DNA of 64,000 nucleotides from Epiperipatus broadwayi (Eukaryota; Animalia; Onychophora). Shown in pieces: positions 1 through 13,376 of the stretch; positions within the stretch are counted from its first letter, which is position 1; every line of letters starts with the position of its first letter. Position numbers and translations under genes: made by a program. The stretch lies in NCBI GenBank assembly GCA_028023455.1, contig JAQFVV010000009.1, forward strand, positions 15,190,001 to 15,254,000. Reading direction: 5' to 3'. The notes beneath the pieces are model-generated. The model worked only from the letters and a program-made list of their open reading frames with translations. It had not been told where the DNA came from and made no database searches.

Positions 1-2146
1 GTATCATTATCTGATAAATTAACTTCACTATATATTTATGTCTATCCACAACAACAGCATTCATAACAACACAGGGAAAACATCCCAATGTCTTCCTCCT
101 CATCAGAATTTGAATTTATATTTTACATTTAAATGAAAGTTGGTAAAAGAAAATTTTAAGTTTAAATTCAGATAAATGAAATTATAAAATTAAAAAACAA
201 GATTTGAAACATCAAATAATTTTAATTTAATGACTTAATTTTATTATTGGTTGTTGTTGACATTTAATTCAAACTCTCATGAAAAAAAAGTCAATTTCCT
301 TCTAAATATTTTCTCATCAGATTTATTTGAATATACATTGTTTAACCATCCTGGTTTGAAAAGAAATCATTAGAAAGCTGTTACATCAAATAAATCAAAA
401 AAAGAATAATAAAAAATATTAAAATAAACATGTGTGAATATGTATTAATATAAACAAGCAGCTAGACAATATTTACTCACTAAATATTGTCTAGTAGCTT
501 TAAATATTTAGATAAAAATCTAGATATGTAAACAATCACGTACAATCATATTTGCTAAACGATCAAAACTGCGCATGATTTGAAAAAAAAAAAAAAAAGA
601 TTCAATAATAATAGAATTAATACGATATATAAAAAAAACATTATAAAGAAGAAATTTTGTTAACAAATTTTGCTAATAAAATATAAAGTTGAAGATAATA
701 AATAGTTTCAATCTTTGCTAAAAATAATAATTAATAATCAATAATAATTATTATGAAGTATCACTGATATCAAAACCTTTCATAGTTGTTTCTTCTTCAC
801 ACTCAATAAATCTAAATTCTATCAATCATTTAACATACATTGATTCCTGTTATCATAGAATATATATATATATTAGAGAGTAGAATATTATTATCAATAT
901 ATTTGTTAAAAGATATAGTAAAATCAGGTTTATTGACTGACAAATTTCTTACTAAAAAGCACTATGAAAACATTTAATAAACGAAGTCACTAGATGTAAT
1001 TTACAATGATTATATTAATAGAATATCACAGAATGTAAATTATATGTTCATGTATATTTATATTCATATGTTTGTATTATGTTGTAGTTCTGAAGACGAT
1101 TGCTGAAGCAATCGAAAAAACTGTAAACTGTAAAAGAGGGTGGTAAATAAAGCATTGTGTAACAGTAGTAAAGTGCATGGATGATTTAGTATTATATAGT
1201 AATACATATACATAATATAAGATAGTTAATAAGAAAAATAGTGCAAAGATTATAGATATATAAATTATTAGGCAAAAAGTTGATAACTAGAGAAAATTCA
1301 AGAAGTATGAGGACTAAAGTAGTCTTCTGTCGGTGACTGAAGTCCAAAACTTAATTAAATCACCTAATCAATCCCTGGGCTTTTATATATATATTGTACC
1401 AATATCGTAGCGATACATATATATAATTTTTGGCTAAAAATTACGAAGATAAAATTATCATAAATAATGAGAGGGTTTCAAATTGAGAGAGTTATTTATA
1501 AAAATGTAAAGAGTTTTTTTTACAAAACAGTTTGTTAAAAATCAATTAATGAGTCAGAAAGGGGGAGAGGGTTTGCTTTAGAAACGTCAAACTAAAAATT
1601 TAAGGATTGAGTGAAAGGGGGAGGGAATTAACTCGACAATTAATAAGAAAGTAAGTAAACAATTAAAAGTTATGATAGTTCAAGAATAAATTTCTCTCTT
1701 TTCATTTAAATTATTAAAAAAAGAAAAAAAAAGGAAAGTAATTGTAAAAACTAAATAGCAAAGTGATTTTAAATATATATGTGTGCCAATAGTGGATTGA
1801 TAAAATATATATGTGCATGTTTAATAATAGGGAATAAATGAAAGTTAAAAAATATTGTAACACATAATTTGCAATGGCTATGAATTAAAAACAACAAATT
1901 TGCGATGGCTACTAAGTTAAACAAAATCCACAAAACAACAAGTTTGCAATGGCCACCAATTAAAAGATCTCCAACAACAGGATTAAAAACTTATCTAAGG
2001 AATTTCAACAACAAATATAGCTGGCGGACAACAAAATGACAACAGGATATTCTAATAAATAGTCCAGTTTTTTCATCGGATAAGCAGTTCAGTTTAGTCA
2101 ATTAATCAGTCCAATCTATTATGTATCCAGAATCAATCATGCATTG

Positions 2147-2209
2147 TTAATCATCATCAGAAACATGTGACTTTGCTCCAGCCTGAGTCTGATGAAACAG
2201 CCAACCTGC
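2147..2209 (-). CDS. Candidate alternative terminal exon of the Testin-like gene (AGWLFHQTQAGAKSHVSDDD*)
   Basis: Good acceptor ttttcacag|G. Open in phase 0, matching the phase-0 end of the 5463-5696 exon, and ends at TAA. No homology support. Confidence 0.22.
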   Translation of the reverse strand, partial: AGWLFHQTQAGAKSHVSDDD

Positions 2210-5200
2210 CTGTGAAAATAGTGCCTACTTAACAACTTGAAAATTCACTCTCAAATCTAATTGTCTTAAAGAATAATGCCTCGGAACACTAAGCATTAAA
2301 TCTCCACAAGAAAAAACCTCAAATCTAACCGGTTCGAAAGATTTCATTTAAAGTAGCAAACAGCAAGAAGTATTCACATTCTAAAATCCTAGGTAACAAA
2401 TAACATTTTCTTATTTCCATTTCTAGTTAAAGTAGCCATTGCAATAATTTGAAGCCTCCCAGAATCAATTAATAATGAACTCTATAGCATGCATTTGAAA
2501 TGTCATGTGTGTTAATGCTTTAGGATATGTTATATTGATTTCATGTATTTTAAATGTCAAATATTATTTAATTCTTTGTTATATTATATTGCTATTATAT
2601 ATGTGTGAGCCTGAAGTTATGATAAGCCCTTGTTCATTTAAATAGGTTCTCATAAGTAAATTAAAAGTAGAATAAGAAATGCTTAGTAAAATAAATTATT
2701 TTGAAGCTTAATTTTGTCAGTCAATTGTTTTACCACTAATTAAAGCAATAATGTGTTATTGTATTACAATTGATTGAGCTAGTCATGGGATATTTTGAGC
2801 ACTGATTATGGGCCTACTAGCTGGCGCATGAGGTCTACCTCAAAACAAATAAAGTGCTTGAATAATAGGGTTTGAATCTAGCAGTCGAGGTGGGCCACGG
2901 TCTGGAAATGTGATCGTGTTATGCATAGTGTAGCTTGGTCAGGTCGTGGGTATCGTTGATGGCTCTGCCAATAATGGTATTCTCCCCTCTGCTTTAAGAG
3001 CAGGGTCGTTCATGTAATATTTATAATATAAAATTATAAATTTATGATAAATAAGCTTTGAACCCAGCTAAACCTACAAATAGAGTACGCTGGATCATTC
3101 TTACGAACGCACTCAGTACAATATATATGAATAATAATGTTATTATTATTATTATAATAATTATTAAAAATATTGATACTAATGATGTTGAGTTTAAAAC
3201 AAAAAATGATATAGAAATAAATGTTTTAAAAGTACAAATATTTTTTGACTTTGATACTATTGTAAAATTTGGAAAGAAATATCCATCTCTCCCTAATTAA
3301 CTTTCATGTTCTTATCAACTTTTATTATATTAAAATTTGTTTAAAATCTCTTATATTTTAATTGCTAATGCTGTATGATTATATATTTATTTTTCAATAC
3401 ATTTGATTTTTTTTTATCTAAACTGTAATTAAACTGTACAGTCTTAGATTTTTTTTTTGTCTATAAAAATAAGTAATCAATTCTAATTTTTAATTTTGTT
3501 ATAATTTATATCATATTTAAAAGCTGCAAAAAAAAAAAAAAGATATCTCAAAAATCTTGAAATGTTTTAAATATTTGTGGTATACAATTAAAAATTGTGA
3601 ATTGTTTATATATATATTGAATCAATTACGTTTTTTTTTTTAATTCTACTGTCAGTTCATTATACATTTTTAATGAAGATTTTTTTCAAATATGCTATAA
3701 TTATACAATACCAATTTTGGCTTTACTAGCAAAAAAAAAATTAAAAAAATAAACTTAATAAGAAAAAGAATTCATTTTATAACTGGATAAATTTAATTAT
3801 ACTAGAACACCAAATATTCAATACTATTTAATTATAAATGAATATTCAAACAATCAAGTTAACTATGAAGTAATATTTTATTTTTTTATAAATCTTTTTA
3901 TAATTAAAATTTTATATAAATAAATATTTATTAAAACTTTTATTATAATATTTAAATAACTATATGTATTACAATAGAAAGCTGTATATTTCTAATTAAG
4001 CAATTACTATAAATATGTGTTTAAATGTGCTAGTTATCTGTAATAAATAAATTATTCTGTAACCCTCTTGTAATTAATGTATTAAGAAAGCATTTTCATT
4101 AAAATTTTATATTAAGATAACCATTGCATTTATTTACCAGAATCCTTTTTAAAAATACTATTATTATTATTTTGTTAATGTTTTTTGCTAATTTAACCAA
4201 TAATCACCCATTGAATAATCATCATGAAACAATAAATTGTTTTAATAAATATCAAAATGAACAATAAATTGATTGGTCAATCTAATTAAAGGCCATCATC
4301 AAGTCCATTAACATAATGTCTAAGATATGTTCTTAAAGCAAAATAATATTAGCCAATTCTTTTTATCATGGAAGAATTAAATAAATAAGATGGATACATT
4401 TAAAACATTCACATGAAAATAAATTTTGGTTAAAAAAAAAAAATCAGATGTCTTTATTTTTAAAAACAAAGAATATTCCAAGTTTGAACTTGTAAAAAAT
4501 GCAAAAACTGCAATTAATATAAAAAAGTTAAATTCCTAATAATAATGTCAACGTAACAAACTTCTGCATTAGTAACATCTTTTTTTCATCAACATCAAAT
4601 ACAAACACTGAATAGATGACAAACCATAATAGAAAACTCAATCAATATTCTGAACATTCTTCTAATCAATTTCAGGTTAAATAATCCTTGGACAGGATAA
4701 AATACCATTTAATACCCATTGAGTGAAGATATATTTCTTAATGTAAAATAAAAAAAAAAGTAAGCTGAGTAAAAAAAAAGGTGAGTGACAGACCTATAAT
4801 AACAGAAGAAAACAACCACCCAAATAGACTAAAGTAATTCTTAATTAAATACTAATCAAAAATATCCTAGGCAAGACTTAATTTGAGATGATCTGACTAT
4901 TATACAATTTTTTAAAAAAGGTTTTGAAAAACAATTACAAAGAAGCACTAATGCTTGTTCTACAAAGGACTATAAATGGATAATGGCATATAAAAATATA
5001 TTAATTAAATTAAAACGATGGTAATATCTTTTATTCATAGTACTGATATACAATAAACACTGAGAGTCACCAGTGTAAAAAAATGATCAACCACCCTAAA
5101 AAATGATAAAGGTAAACAAATCTTGAAAAGGAATAAAATCAGAAAGAGAAAATAAAAAAAAAAACTTTTATGGTGTTGCAGTAAAAAAAAATCTATTTTA

Positions 5201-5462
5201 AAAAAAGGTCATAACTTGAAGCAGATGAGAATAAACAGGATAGAATTATCTGTCTAGTATAGAGAAGTTATGTGGATAGTTATGTACTTTAAATACTACA
5301 CTTTTTTTAAATCTACTTTCAATGACAACAAATGTTTAATTCATCTTTCAATTCTACTAGCTATTTTAAATAATAAATTTTAATAATGGATTTATTCAAA
5401 TGCCATATTAATGCAGATTTTATTAACATAAGAGTCATTCACAAAAATGTCTTTCTACTCAC

Positions 5463-5696
5463 CCATTTGCTTAAATGAGGTTGTTCCTTCAAGTCACCCA
5501 TACCAACTGCATTTTTTTTCTGATCATCAATAGCATTAAATTGTTCTACTTCTTGATTTGTCAGATCCTGATGAGCAGACAGTTCCATATCATGTGCTGG
5601 GAGCTGCCATGCTATTCGCTTGTGACGCTGAGCAGCCCCAACACTACCTTTTATTGGCTGTTCATCCTTGGGTAACTGTTGCATATATTTTTTAGC
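5463..5696 (-). CDS. TES: Testin-like gene, PET-domain exon (AKKYMQQLPKDEQPIKGSVGAAQRHKRIAWQLPAHD...GMGDLKEQPHLSKW)
   Basis: Matches the recalled Testin PET motif YMQxLPKxxQPxxGSxGA...QLPAHD...GxGD. Acceptor ttttag|GCT, donor TGG|gtgagt, 234 nt, phase 0/0. Confidence 0.88.
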
Positions 5697-8049
5697 CTAA
5701 AACATGTTAGAACATAATTATTAATTAGATATTTAAAAATATAAAGAAAAAATAATTCTAATAATATAAAATTATTAAAATATATACACACAGGACTCAA
5801 TGTTAAGCTGTATCCTACTTCCTCTAAATAAAAATTGTGATAAATATCAATATGCATATATAGCGACATGTTGGAATCAGTTCAAATCAGCTCATATGAG
5901 TTGATTAAAAAATTACAATTAAAAGTATTCATGTTTAAATACATTATATTATCTAAATTAATTTTACTAGATTTACATTAATTGTACACAGAATCTTTAA
6001 AATGTAGTGTTAGTAACTAAAAACTGATTCATGAGAAATACTTTATATGTAGTATACATTTCTAAAAATATATATAACTAATCGTTAGAATATGCATCTA
6101 CACAAGACAAGAAAGAATGATGCTAAAATTATTGAGATTTAACAGAAACATTATACTTTAAAAACTAAATCTGTGATAGAAAGATAGAGAAAATATACAA
6201 ATATATTCTTCAATGAACTTCAAAAATATAAAATTGTTATGAAGGATTTTCGGAAATTTTAGATGTCTAATCAAAACATAGTTTATTTCCTGAATTAATT
6301 AATTTACTAGTAATAAAGAGATTAGAATACAATTTAACTTTACAAATTGTTGATTGAAATGCAGCTATACATTAACTATAAATGTAAAAAAGTTGTGCAA
6401 ATGAAAACACATTATGAGAATCAATTGATTAAATGAATTTTATATTAAAAACAAATATAGCAAAATAGATGTTTGCAAACTGTTAAAGTTAAATAGTGCT
6501 TAAAATAATTAACACTATTGTAAGATATATTGTGGGGTTGTTTTTTAGCAAGCCAGTTAAAAAAACACACACTATTGTTTATATATGTACACCGTTGTTA
6601 AAGATGGCCTCATAATTATTAGTTAGTGCATCAGCTGCATGCTCATGATCTTGGGTTTAAATACAAGTAGAGCTTGAAAATATTTTTATGTAATAATCAC
6701 CTTAACTAAAGTATAAAACAAAAAATTATATGTATTTTTTCAAAAAGCAATCTTTTCTCCATTATTTCTCCAAAAATAATGGAAAATGGGTTATTTAAGG
6801 CTATTATAAGACATATAATAAAATTAAAGATATTACAACGGTTATATATAAATTTACAAAATATAGATAAGAATAAACATTGTATATCTATAACATATAT
6901 AATATAGAAAAAGCAAGCAAACAAATAAATTCAAAATATTTTAACATAATGGATTCTCAGCATTAATCTGATCAGACTATTAGTAACCTGAAAAACAAAT
7001 GTAATAATAAAAAAAAATCAATATTATATATGAAATTGCTTATGGATGCTGACAATCATATCTTGAAGAGTTGAAATATTCTCGTAAAAAGAAAGATTTT
7101 GTAAGCTTAAATTTCTGAATCAAAGAATAGAACCAAATAAAATGCCAATATGGCAAAATCATCAGTTAGAAATCCTGAATTTAGCTGCAATATTAATTTC
7201 AACAACTCAAACACTACAAGAAACAAGAAATTATAAGAAAAAAATTAATGAATCAATAAATCACTAATACAAAAATTATCCCATAATTACTTGAATGTTG
7301 ATCAAGTACTAAATAATTATATTTGAAAAAGCAGATTCTATAAAACTTTTATTTTTGTAATAATATTATTAATCTAATTTATGACATATACCACACATAT
7401 TTTTATAAATAGTAATTTAAACAATATTAATAAAATGTTTAATATGTTTTGGGAACTAAAAAGCATGGAAAAATTAAGACTACAACAACAATAAAATTAG
7501 ATATTAAAAGTTAGAAAAGACTATGGTATGAGAATGGTGTAGGAAATAAAAATTGGAGAAATAAAAAATGGGAGAAACAATAATCACATGAATTTGAAGA
7601 AAAAAAAACAGAGAAGATGGGTTTAAATCATATTTAAAAATAAGAAGAACTTAAAAAATATATGGAATATAAAACTTAAGTGGCAAAAAATAAAAAATAA
7701 AATAAAATAGGTCTGAGAAGTAATGGAAGGAAATATAAAAAATGAAAGAAAATGAGACTGAAAAAAGAAATTGATAGTCAATCTTATATATATAAAAAGA
7801 TAGTTAAAAATATTCTGAAAAATAACGCAAAAGTTATAAGGTTTGGAGGTGGTTTGGAATGACTTATGATTTAATCCAAAGTCACGCAAGTCCATAATAT
7901 GAATAATAAAATTCCTCTAACTGTAGCTGTATAAAAATGTACAAAAAAAAAAAAATCTATGTTTGCCTTACATTTCTGAAAAGGTTACATATTATTTTAA
8001 AACATTACAGACAGTCAAACAAATTTAAAGAGATAATTATATATCTGTA

Positions 8050-10450
8050 GTCCTTTTCAAATAAAGTTTCATGCCACAAACTGTTTTTTGAACTTATTGG
8101 ATAAACTTGTCAATTTTTTTCAATTACAAGTTATGTTTAGAAATTTTTTTTTCAATGTAATAGATCTATAACTAATCAAATTAATTATTCAGTATTAATT
8201 AATAAATGGCTATCTAGTTATTATATTAAAGGTATCAAGTTAATCTTTTTTAAAAAGATGAATGTTAATGTAATGTGCTCACTGTACAAACAACTGTAAT
8301 ATGATAAGCCTTCACCACTAGTGAAAAAGTATTATACTTCCATGATCACTGGATCATGATTTTAACTTTTAACTTTTTTAAAGTAAACAGACATTGAGAA
8401 TAAATTTGGTAAAGAAAGGCTGAATTTACCTGAAAAATACTTCCACCATTCTATTTTAAAAAGCTATCATGATGTTTAAACTGATATTTGTTTATAATGA
8501 ATTTTAGTTTTTTGAACATTAATTATTAAACCAGTCTTCATAAGTTGCATTCAAAATATTAAGTGTATTCTGTTGATTACTTTTTGAATTACAAAAATAG
8601 CATAATTACCAGTAAATTATAAATCTAGATGCCAAGAAGATGATATTTTTGATTTTTCTTTTAATTAATTCAAAGTAAAACTTCCACTATCAAATGCTTT
8701 ATTGCATTTTCACAACATTTATCCAATACATATTTGAGAGTTTTCATTTTGTCTCAGATTGTTTATCAATAGCAATAATGCTTCCTCTCAACCAAGAATA
8801 CACTTTAATGAACAAACAATTAATGTCAACCATGGTCACAAACCTGGTCAATTAAGTGAATCAAAATGCCATGATCAAATCAATAAAAGCAATATATAAA
8901 TTATAATATTTGCTCCTAACACTTTCTTGTAAGATTTTTAAAAACAAAAAAATATTTATATTCTTGATTCTCTAATTGATAATGAGTCTTTGATAACTAT
9001 TTATTTATGACTGAAAGCAGCTTATTCAACAAAATACTTAAAAGTGCTTTTGCTGTAGAGGATGAAAATGATATTTTAAAATAATTACTGCAGCCATATC
9101 TATTCACTTTAATTTTCTAAGTTGGAATAATAAAAACATCCTTAAAATGCAATGACACAACTTCATGGAATCATATATTACAAAAAAAAATTCTTATAGT
9201 TTTGAAGTTAATGTATTACTATAATAGTTTAAAACTTTAGATATTTTGTCAGGATCAGCAGCAATTCCATTTCTTTTAAAAGCATAAATAATTCCTTTAA
9301 TTTCTGCTTTAATTTCATTAAGATGGACAGTTCCTCCCAAATTTGAGTAACTAGGAAGGATGGATATAACATTAAAAGACATCAAATCAAAAGGTGATAA
9401 AAATATTATCTCTACTCAAAGAAATATCAATATCATGTAAAAGACCTATGGATTTAATATGATCATGATATCATTTTTCTGATTCATATGTTTCTTTCAA
9501 TGCATCAGAGAGTGAAGTAGATCAGCAAATGATTGTACATTAATTCACAATTTTAGTCCATGAAACAATGTTAAGATTTTTTGTTGATGTTGAAATTTCT
9601 TTAAATCTCTATATTGCTTAGGAAACTATAAAGTCAATTTATTATTTTGCCAAGCAAAATATTTATTTTCTTTTAATTAACTCATTGATAACAAAATCAT
9701 AGTTCAGAGAATTCTTGTTGCAAAACATAAACTTACTTGTATTAAAGAGCAACTTTTTAGTAACAGAATCTTAATAAATCTAAATAGACAATTTAGTGGT
9801 TAAAAGCTGTTAAAATTTAGTATGAAAAGTAAATTCTTTTAAAGAGTAAATGTTGAATTTTGTATAAATATGATTGCAATAGGAGATATTTTTTTATGCA
9901 AATATAATTTTAACTTTGCAGCTTACTAGTTTATGATCTGTTTCATAATATGTACTTGTAAATGCTTTTGTAGTAGGAACTTTTGTATTCTTAACTTCTA
10001 ACCAGGTCCATATTTTGAATGTAAATTCTTAAATTTCTTTATGATGATTTTTCTGATCAAACAAATATTTAAATTGATAAATAATGTGCTGTGCAAAATT
10101 CAAAACAAGATTTTTGTAATACCAATATCATTATTTTCAATAACTTTAAATTTAAGACTACTAATTAATGTATTTCAAACAATTAAATATAAATAAATAT
10201 GGAAAATAATGTTTTTTCTACATCCCAATAAATCAGTAAATCTAAAACGAAAACTGCTTATCACATCTATTTGTCACATTTTTTAAAGAAAATATTCATT
10301 TAATTATAAGTGACTTGAATTCAGACTTTCAAACTCCCCACATATATCCAATCCATCTTATATAACTGATACACATGACCACATACCTGTGAAGATTCTT
10401 ACAAATCAAATTTATTCTAATTAAAGAGATGAAGATCCATTCAATACATA
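8050..10450 (-). mobile_element. Highly degenerate RTE-clade LINE (endonuclease and RT remnants)
   Basis: Minus-strand pieces: TDHKLVSCKVKI (APE DH motif), NEIKAEIK...AADPDKI (resembles DEVKKAIK...AGPDGI), YIAFIDLxxAF (RT). Many stops and frameshifts; ends approximate. Confidence 0.5.
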
Positions 10451-11059
10451 AACTCAAAAATTTATTTTCTATATAATGTAAATAGAAAAAACAAAACAAA
10501 ACAATGAATTATACAAAAAAAAAAATTAAGAGCAAATATTTTATTATATCCCCTCTCCCATCCAAATTACGTTATATATCTTTTTTTAATAAAATAATAT
10601 GATAGGCAAAATGTAATGTATACAAATAGAGAAGTTCCTATTGACAAATGATTAATTCAAAAATAATGAGCAAAAAATAAAGTAAAATATGAAAACATAT
10701 TAGTCTCCTTGCACCCATGAAATCACTATCCATGATTTTGGTTATCTTCAGTTTGAAAATTTATTAGTGCATTATTTGCATAGCTCATCTTAGTAGAATA
10801 TCAGTTATGTTATTGAATCTATTCAAATATGAGCCACCACCAAAGTCTGAATATTTTAAAACGATTTACAAATTCTCATTTAAATTCATTGAAATTTTTC
10901 TGAAGATTAGAAATATCACCTATTAATATTGTTTTATGTTTAATAGTTTTTGTTCTTTGCCTTGGCATTTACACATATTTTACATCTTACTAATTGATGA
11001 TGAGTTTCTGTGTTAAATTTATCAAATATATTTTATTGTCTTGATATATTTTTTTTTTA

Positions 11060-11720
11060 TTAGTCAAAATTTAATGTGACTCTGTTATATCTTTATTTGA
11101 ATACTTCAATGTCCATTTCTGCTTTGGATTTTACTCAAAAACAAAAAATAAATAAAAAAATCATAATATTCAGATTTTCTTTTTGTACAAATTTTACAAG
11201 TCTGTTTCATCTGTCACTTCTAAGTCTATATCCTAATTTATTTACAGCATTTTCATCTTTCAATTGTTTACCAATTCTAATAATAAAAATTCCCATAATA
11301 ATTTTAAAATGTTGATGATTCTAATCAAAATAATTTTTAATTCCATATAAATATCCTCTAAATCTTCATCAAAATAACAAAAGAATAAGAATATTTTGGG
11401 AACATAAATGTAAATTATCTACTTTTGATATTTTCTATTAAGTTGAAAAACTAATCACATTCTATCTTATATGCCATCAATTTCCGCAATATTTTTCCAT
11501 TTATTATTTATAATGACGTTTATTTTATTTGTCCTTCTAACATTTGTGCATTTATATTAAAAAGTGTATGCCCCCTTTTCATATTGTCTCTTCATCTTTA
11601 CTTCTAACTTCATAGCATCTGACCAAGTCCCTTTTCATATTCTATAATTTTCTAATTCAGTCAAATTTTTTTCACTTAAAGATAATTTGTAATTGTTGGC
11701 AGCTAAATGAGAAAACATTA
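11060..11720 (-). mobile_element. Degenerate RTE-type LINE endonuclease fragment
   Basis: Minus-strand pieces IYIYVP, DEDLEDIY, GNFIIRIG...RLVKFVQKENLNIM...KWT resemble the APE motifs VYAP / DEEKDxFY / GDFNARVG...RLVEF...KWTW. Confidence 0.5.
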
Positions 11721-12344
11721 TTTAATAGCAGCCTAGGTTTGCAACCAGGGCTTATTAACATTTACTAGATGCTTTAGTTATCAATTTTGCAGAATTCTGA
11801 CAATGAAAGACATATTTTTTTTCTGTTTATGATAATTGTAAATATATATAAACAAAAGTATACATTCATTCATTCATTCTGCCTTCAAAAAACTCTACTA
11901 ATGTTTTATTAAAAACTATTTAGGGAAAAAGACTGTAGTGTTTCTTAGTCTTAAAATCCAATAAATTTATCATGCCAACGAATAAATATTGGAAAGAAGT
12001 CTATTCACATTAGTTTATTGTATCAAAAATCATACAGCAGAAGCTACTGCAGTAATAAGAACATATAGAAAGAATGAACATTAAGAATTTGTCCTGCTTG
12101 GATTCATTTAAGTTTCAAAGAAGTTAATAGCAAATTTTTCCACTTGTATTATGTAAATTTAATTTTTTGTAGCATGTGCATACATAAAGACTTTCTTTTT
12201 AGATGGTCCATACATTTTATCACCAGAGATTCCCAACCAGTTCAATCTGTCCAATCTTATAACTTCAAATGTATATTTTTTAATAAGAGAATATTAAATA
12301 AAAATTAATAAGAAGGAAAGAAAAAAATATTTTATTATTCTTAC

Positions 12345-12681
12345 CACATGCTCAGGAGTATCTGGAGGAACCCATTCAAATGTCACTTTGACTTTTTGCA
12401 CTGGAGTGCTTTGACCAATATTGGCATTGGATTTATCTATGCTGGGCAATTCTGTAGTTTGTTGGTTCGTAATTGAACACTTCTTATCAAATGCATCTGA
12501 TAATGAATTGTTATTAGATGCATCTTGAGAAACAGGAATATCATAAGTGAAAGTTGTTTCTTCTTTAGTGGACCTTTCAGGACGGTCAAATAAGCGCCCA
12601 ATACGCCGAAATCCAGAATCTTCAGGTTCTGCTGCTACATTATGGTCTTCTTTAGTACAATGACAATTTTTACAGATTTTC
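12345..12681 (-). CDS. TES: Testin-like gene exon: end of the Cys-rich domain and start of PET (RKICKNCHCTKEDH...RRIGRLFD...VTFEWVPPDTPEHV)
   Basis: Matches recalled Testin RKICRNCKC..EEH..KVGKLFE..TYEWAPP. Acceptor ttttttttttgtag|G, donor GTG|gtaag, 337 nt, splices in frame to the 5696 exon. Confidence 0.88.
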
Positions 12682-12757
12682 CTACAAAAAAAAAACAGTA
12701 CAAAATTAATATATATTATTAATATATAATGATATTAACTGATTATACTTTTCTATA

Positions 12758-13376
12758 CAGAATGTAATAAATGTAATAAGTGCATTTATACACACTATAG
12801 AGAAGCTTATTATTTTCTATAAATTAAATACAACTTAGCACATTCAAGATCTTACAGAGTTCTCATATTCTTAGCAAGATGAAATAGAATAATAATGGAT
12901 AGATAAATGTAATTATATATATATATATATTTGATGAGATTTACATTAGAGCGTCCATTTTTTGGAGAGAGCAAAGAATGGTCTCTACAGTTGATAGCAT
13001 TTGTATTATTTATTTCCTCCTACACAATCATTCAATACATTGAAAGAAATGATTCAAAGAGAAAAATAAAGGAGACTTGCTATATAGTCAATAATATGAA
13101 TGTTATCAGCTGAAGAGATTCACCCTTCCCTTTCTCTAAAAAATGGATGCTCTAATTTAAATATTTAATATTGAATTTAAATAAATTTAAATCTCTTCAA
13201 ATATATACAATTACACTCATCTCTCCATTATTATTCTATTTCATTTTGCTATGAATATGAAAGTGTATAAGTTCTCGAAAGTGCTAAGTCTAAGCCACTT
13301 TTAATTTATAGAAATAACAAGCTTCTCCATAGTTGTGTATAAGCACACTTATTACATTTATTATATTATAAATATG
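12758..13376. mobile_element. MITE-like element with long (about 200 bp) imperfect inverted repeats
   Basis: 12765-12975 is the reverse complement of about 13130-13363 (e.g. taataaatgtaataagtg...tagagcgtccatttttt). Left end TA|CAG; right end degenerate. Confidence 0.55.

Noticed and set aside
30-125. Minus-strand SDEEEDIGMFSLCCYECCCCG* resembling a protein C-terminus
   Set aside because: In-frame stops lie immediately upstream and there is no splice acceptor.
1020-2090. Possible solo LTR or promoter (minus-strand TATAAAAG...TCAGTC; three tttgc(a/g)atggc repeats)
   Set aside because: No TG...CA boundaries, TSD or second copy could be defined.
2790-3130. Locally GC/CpG-rich segment
   Set aside because: No open frame, TE motif or RNA structure recognised; left unannotated.
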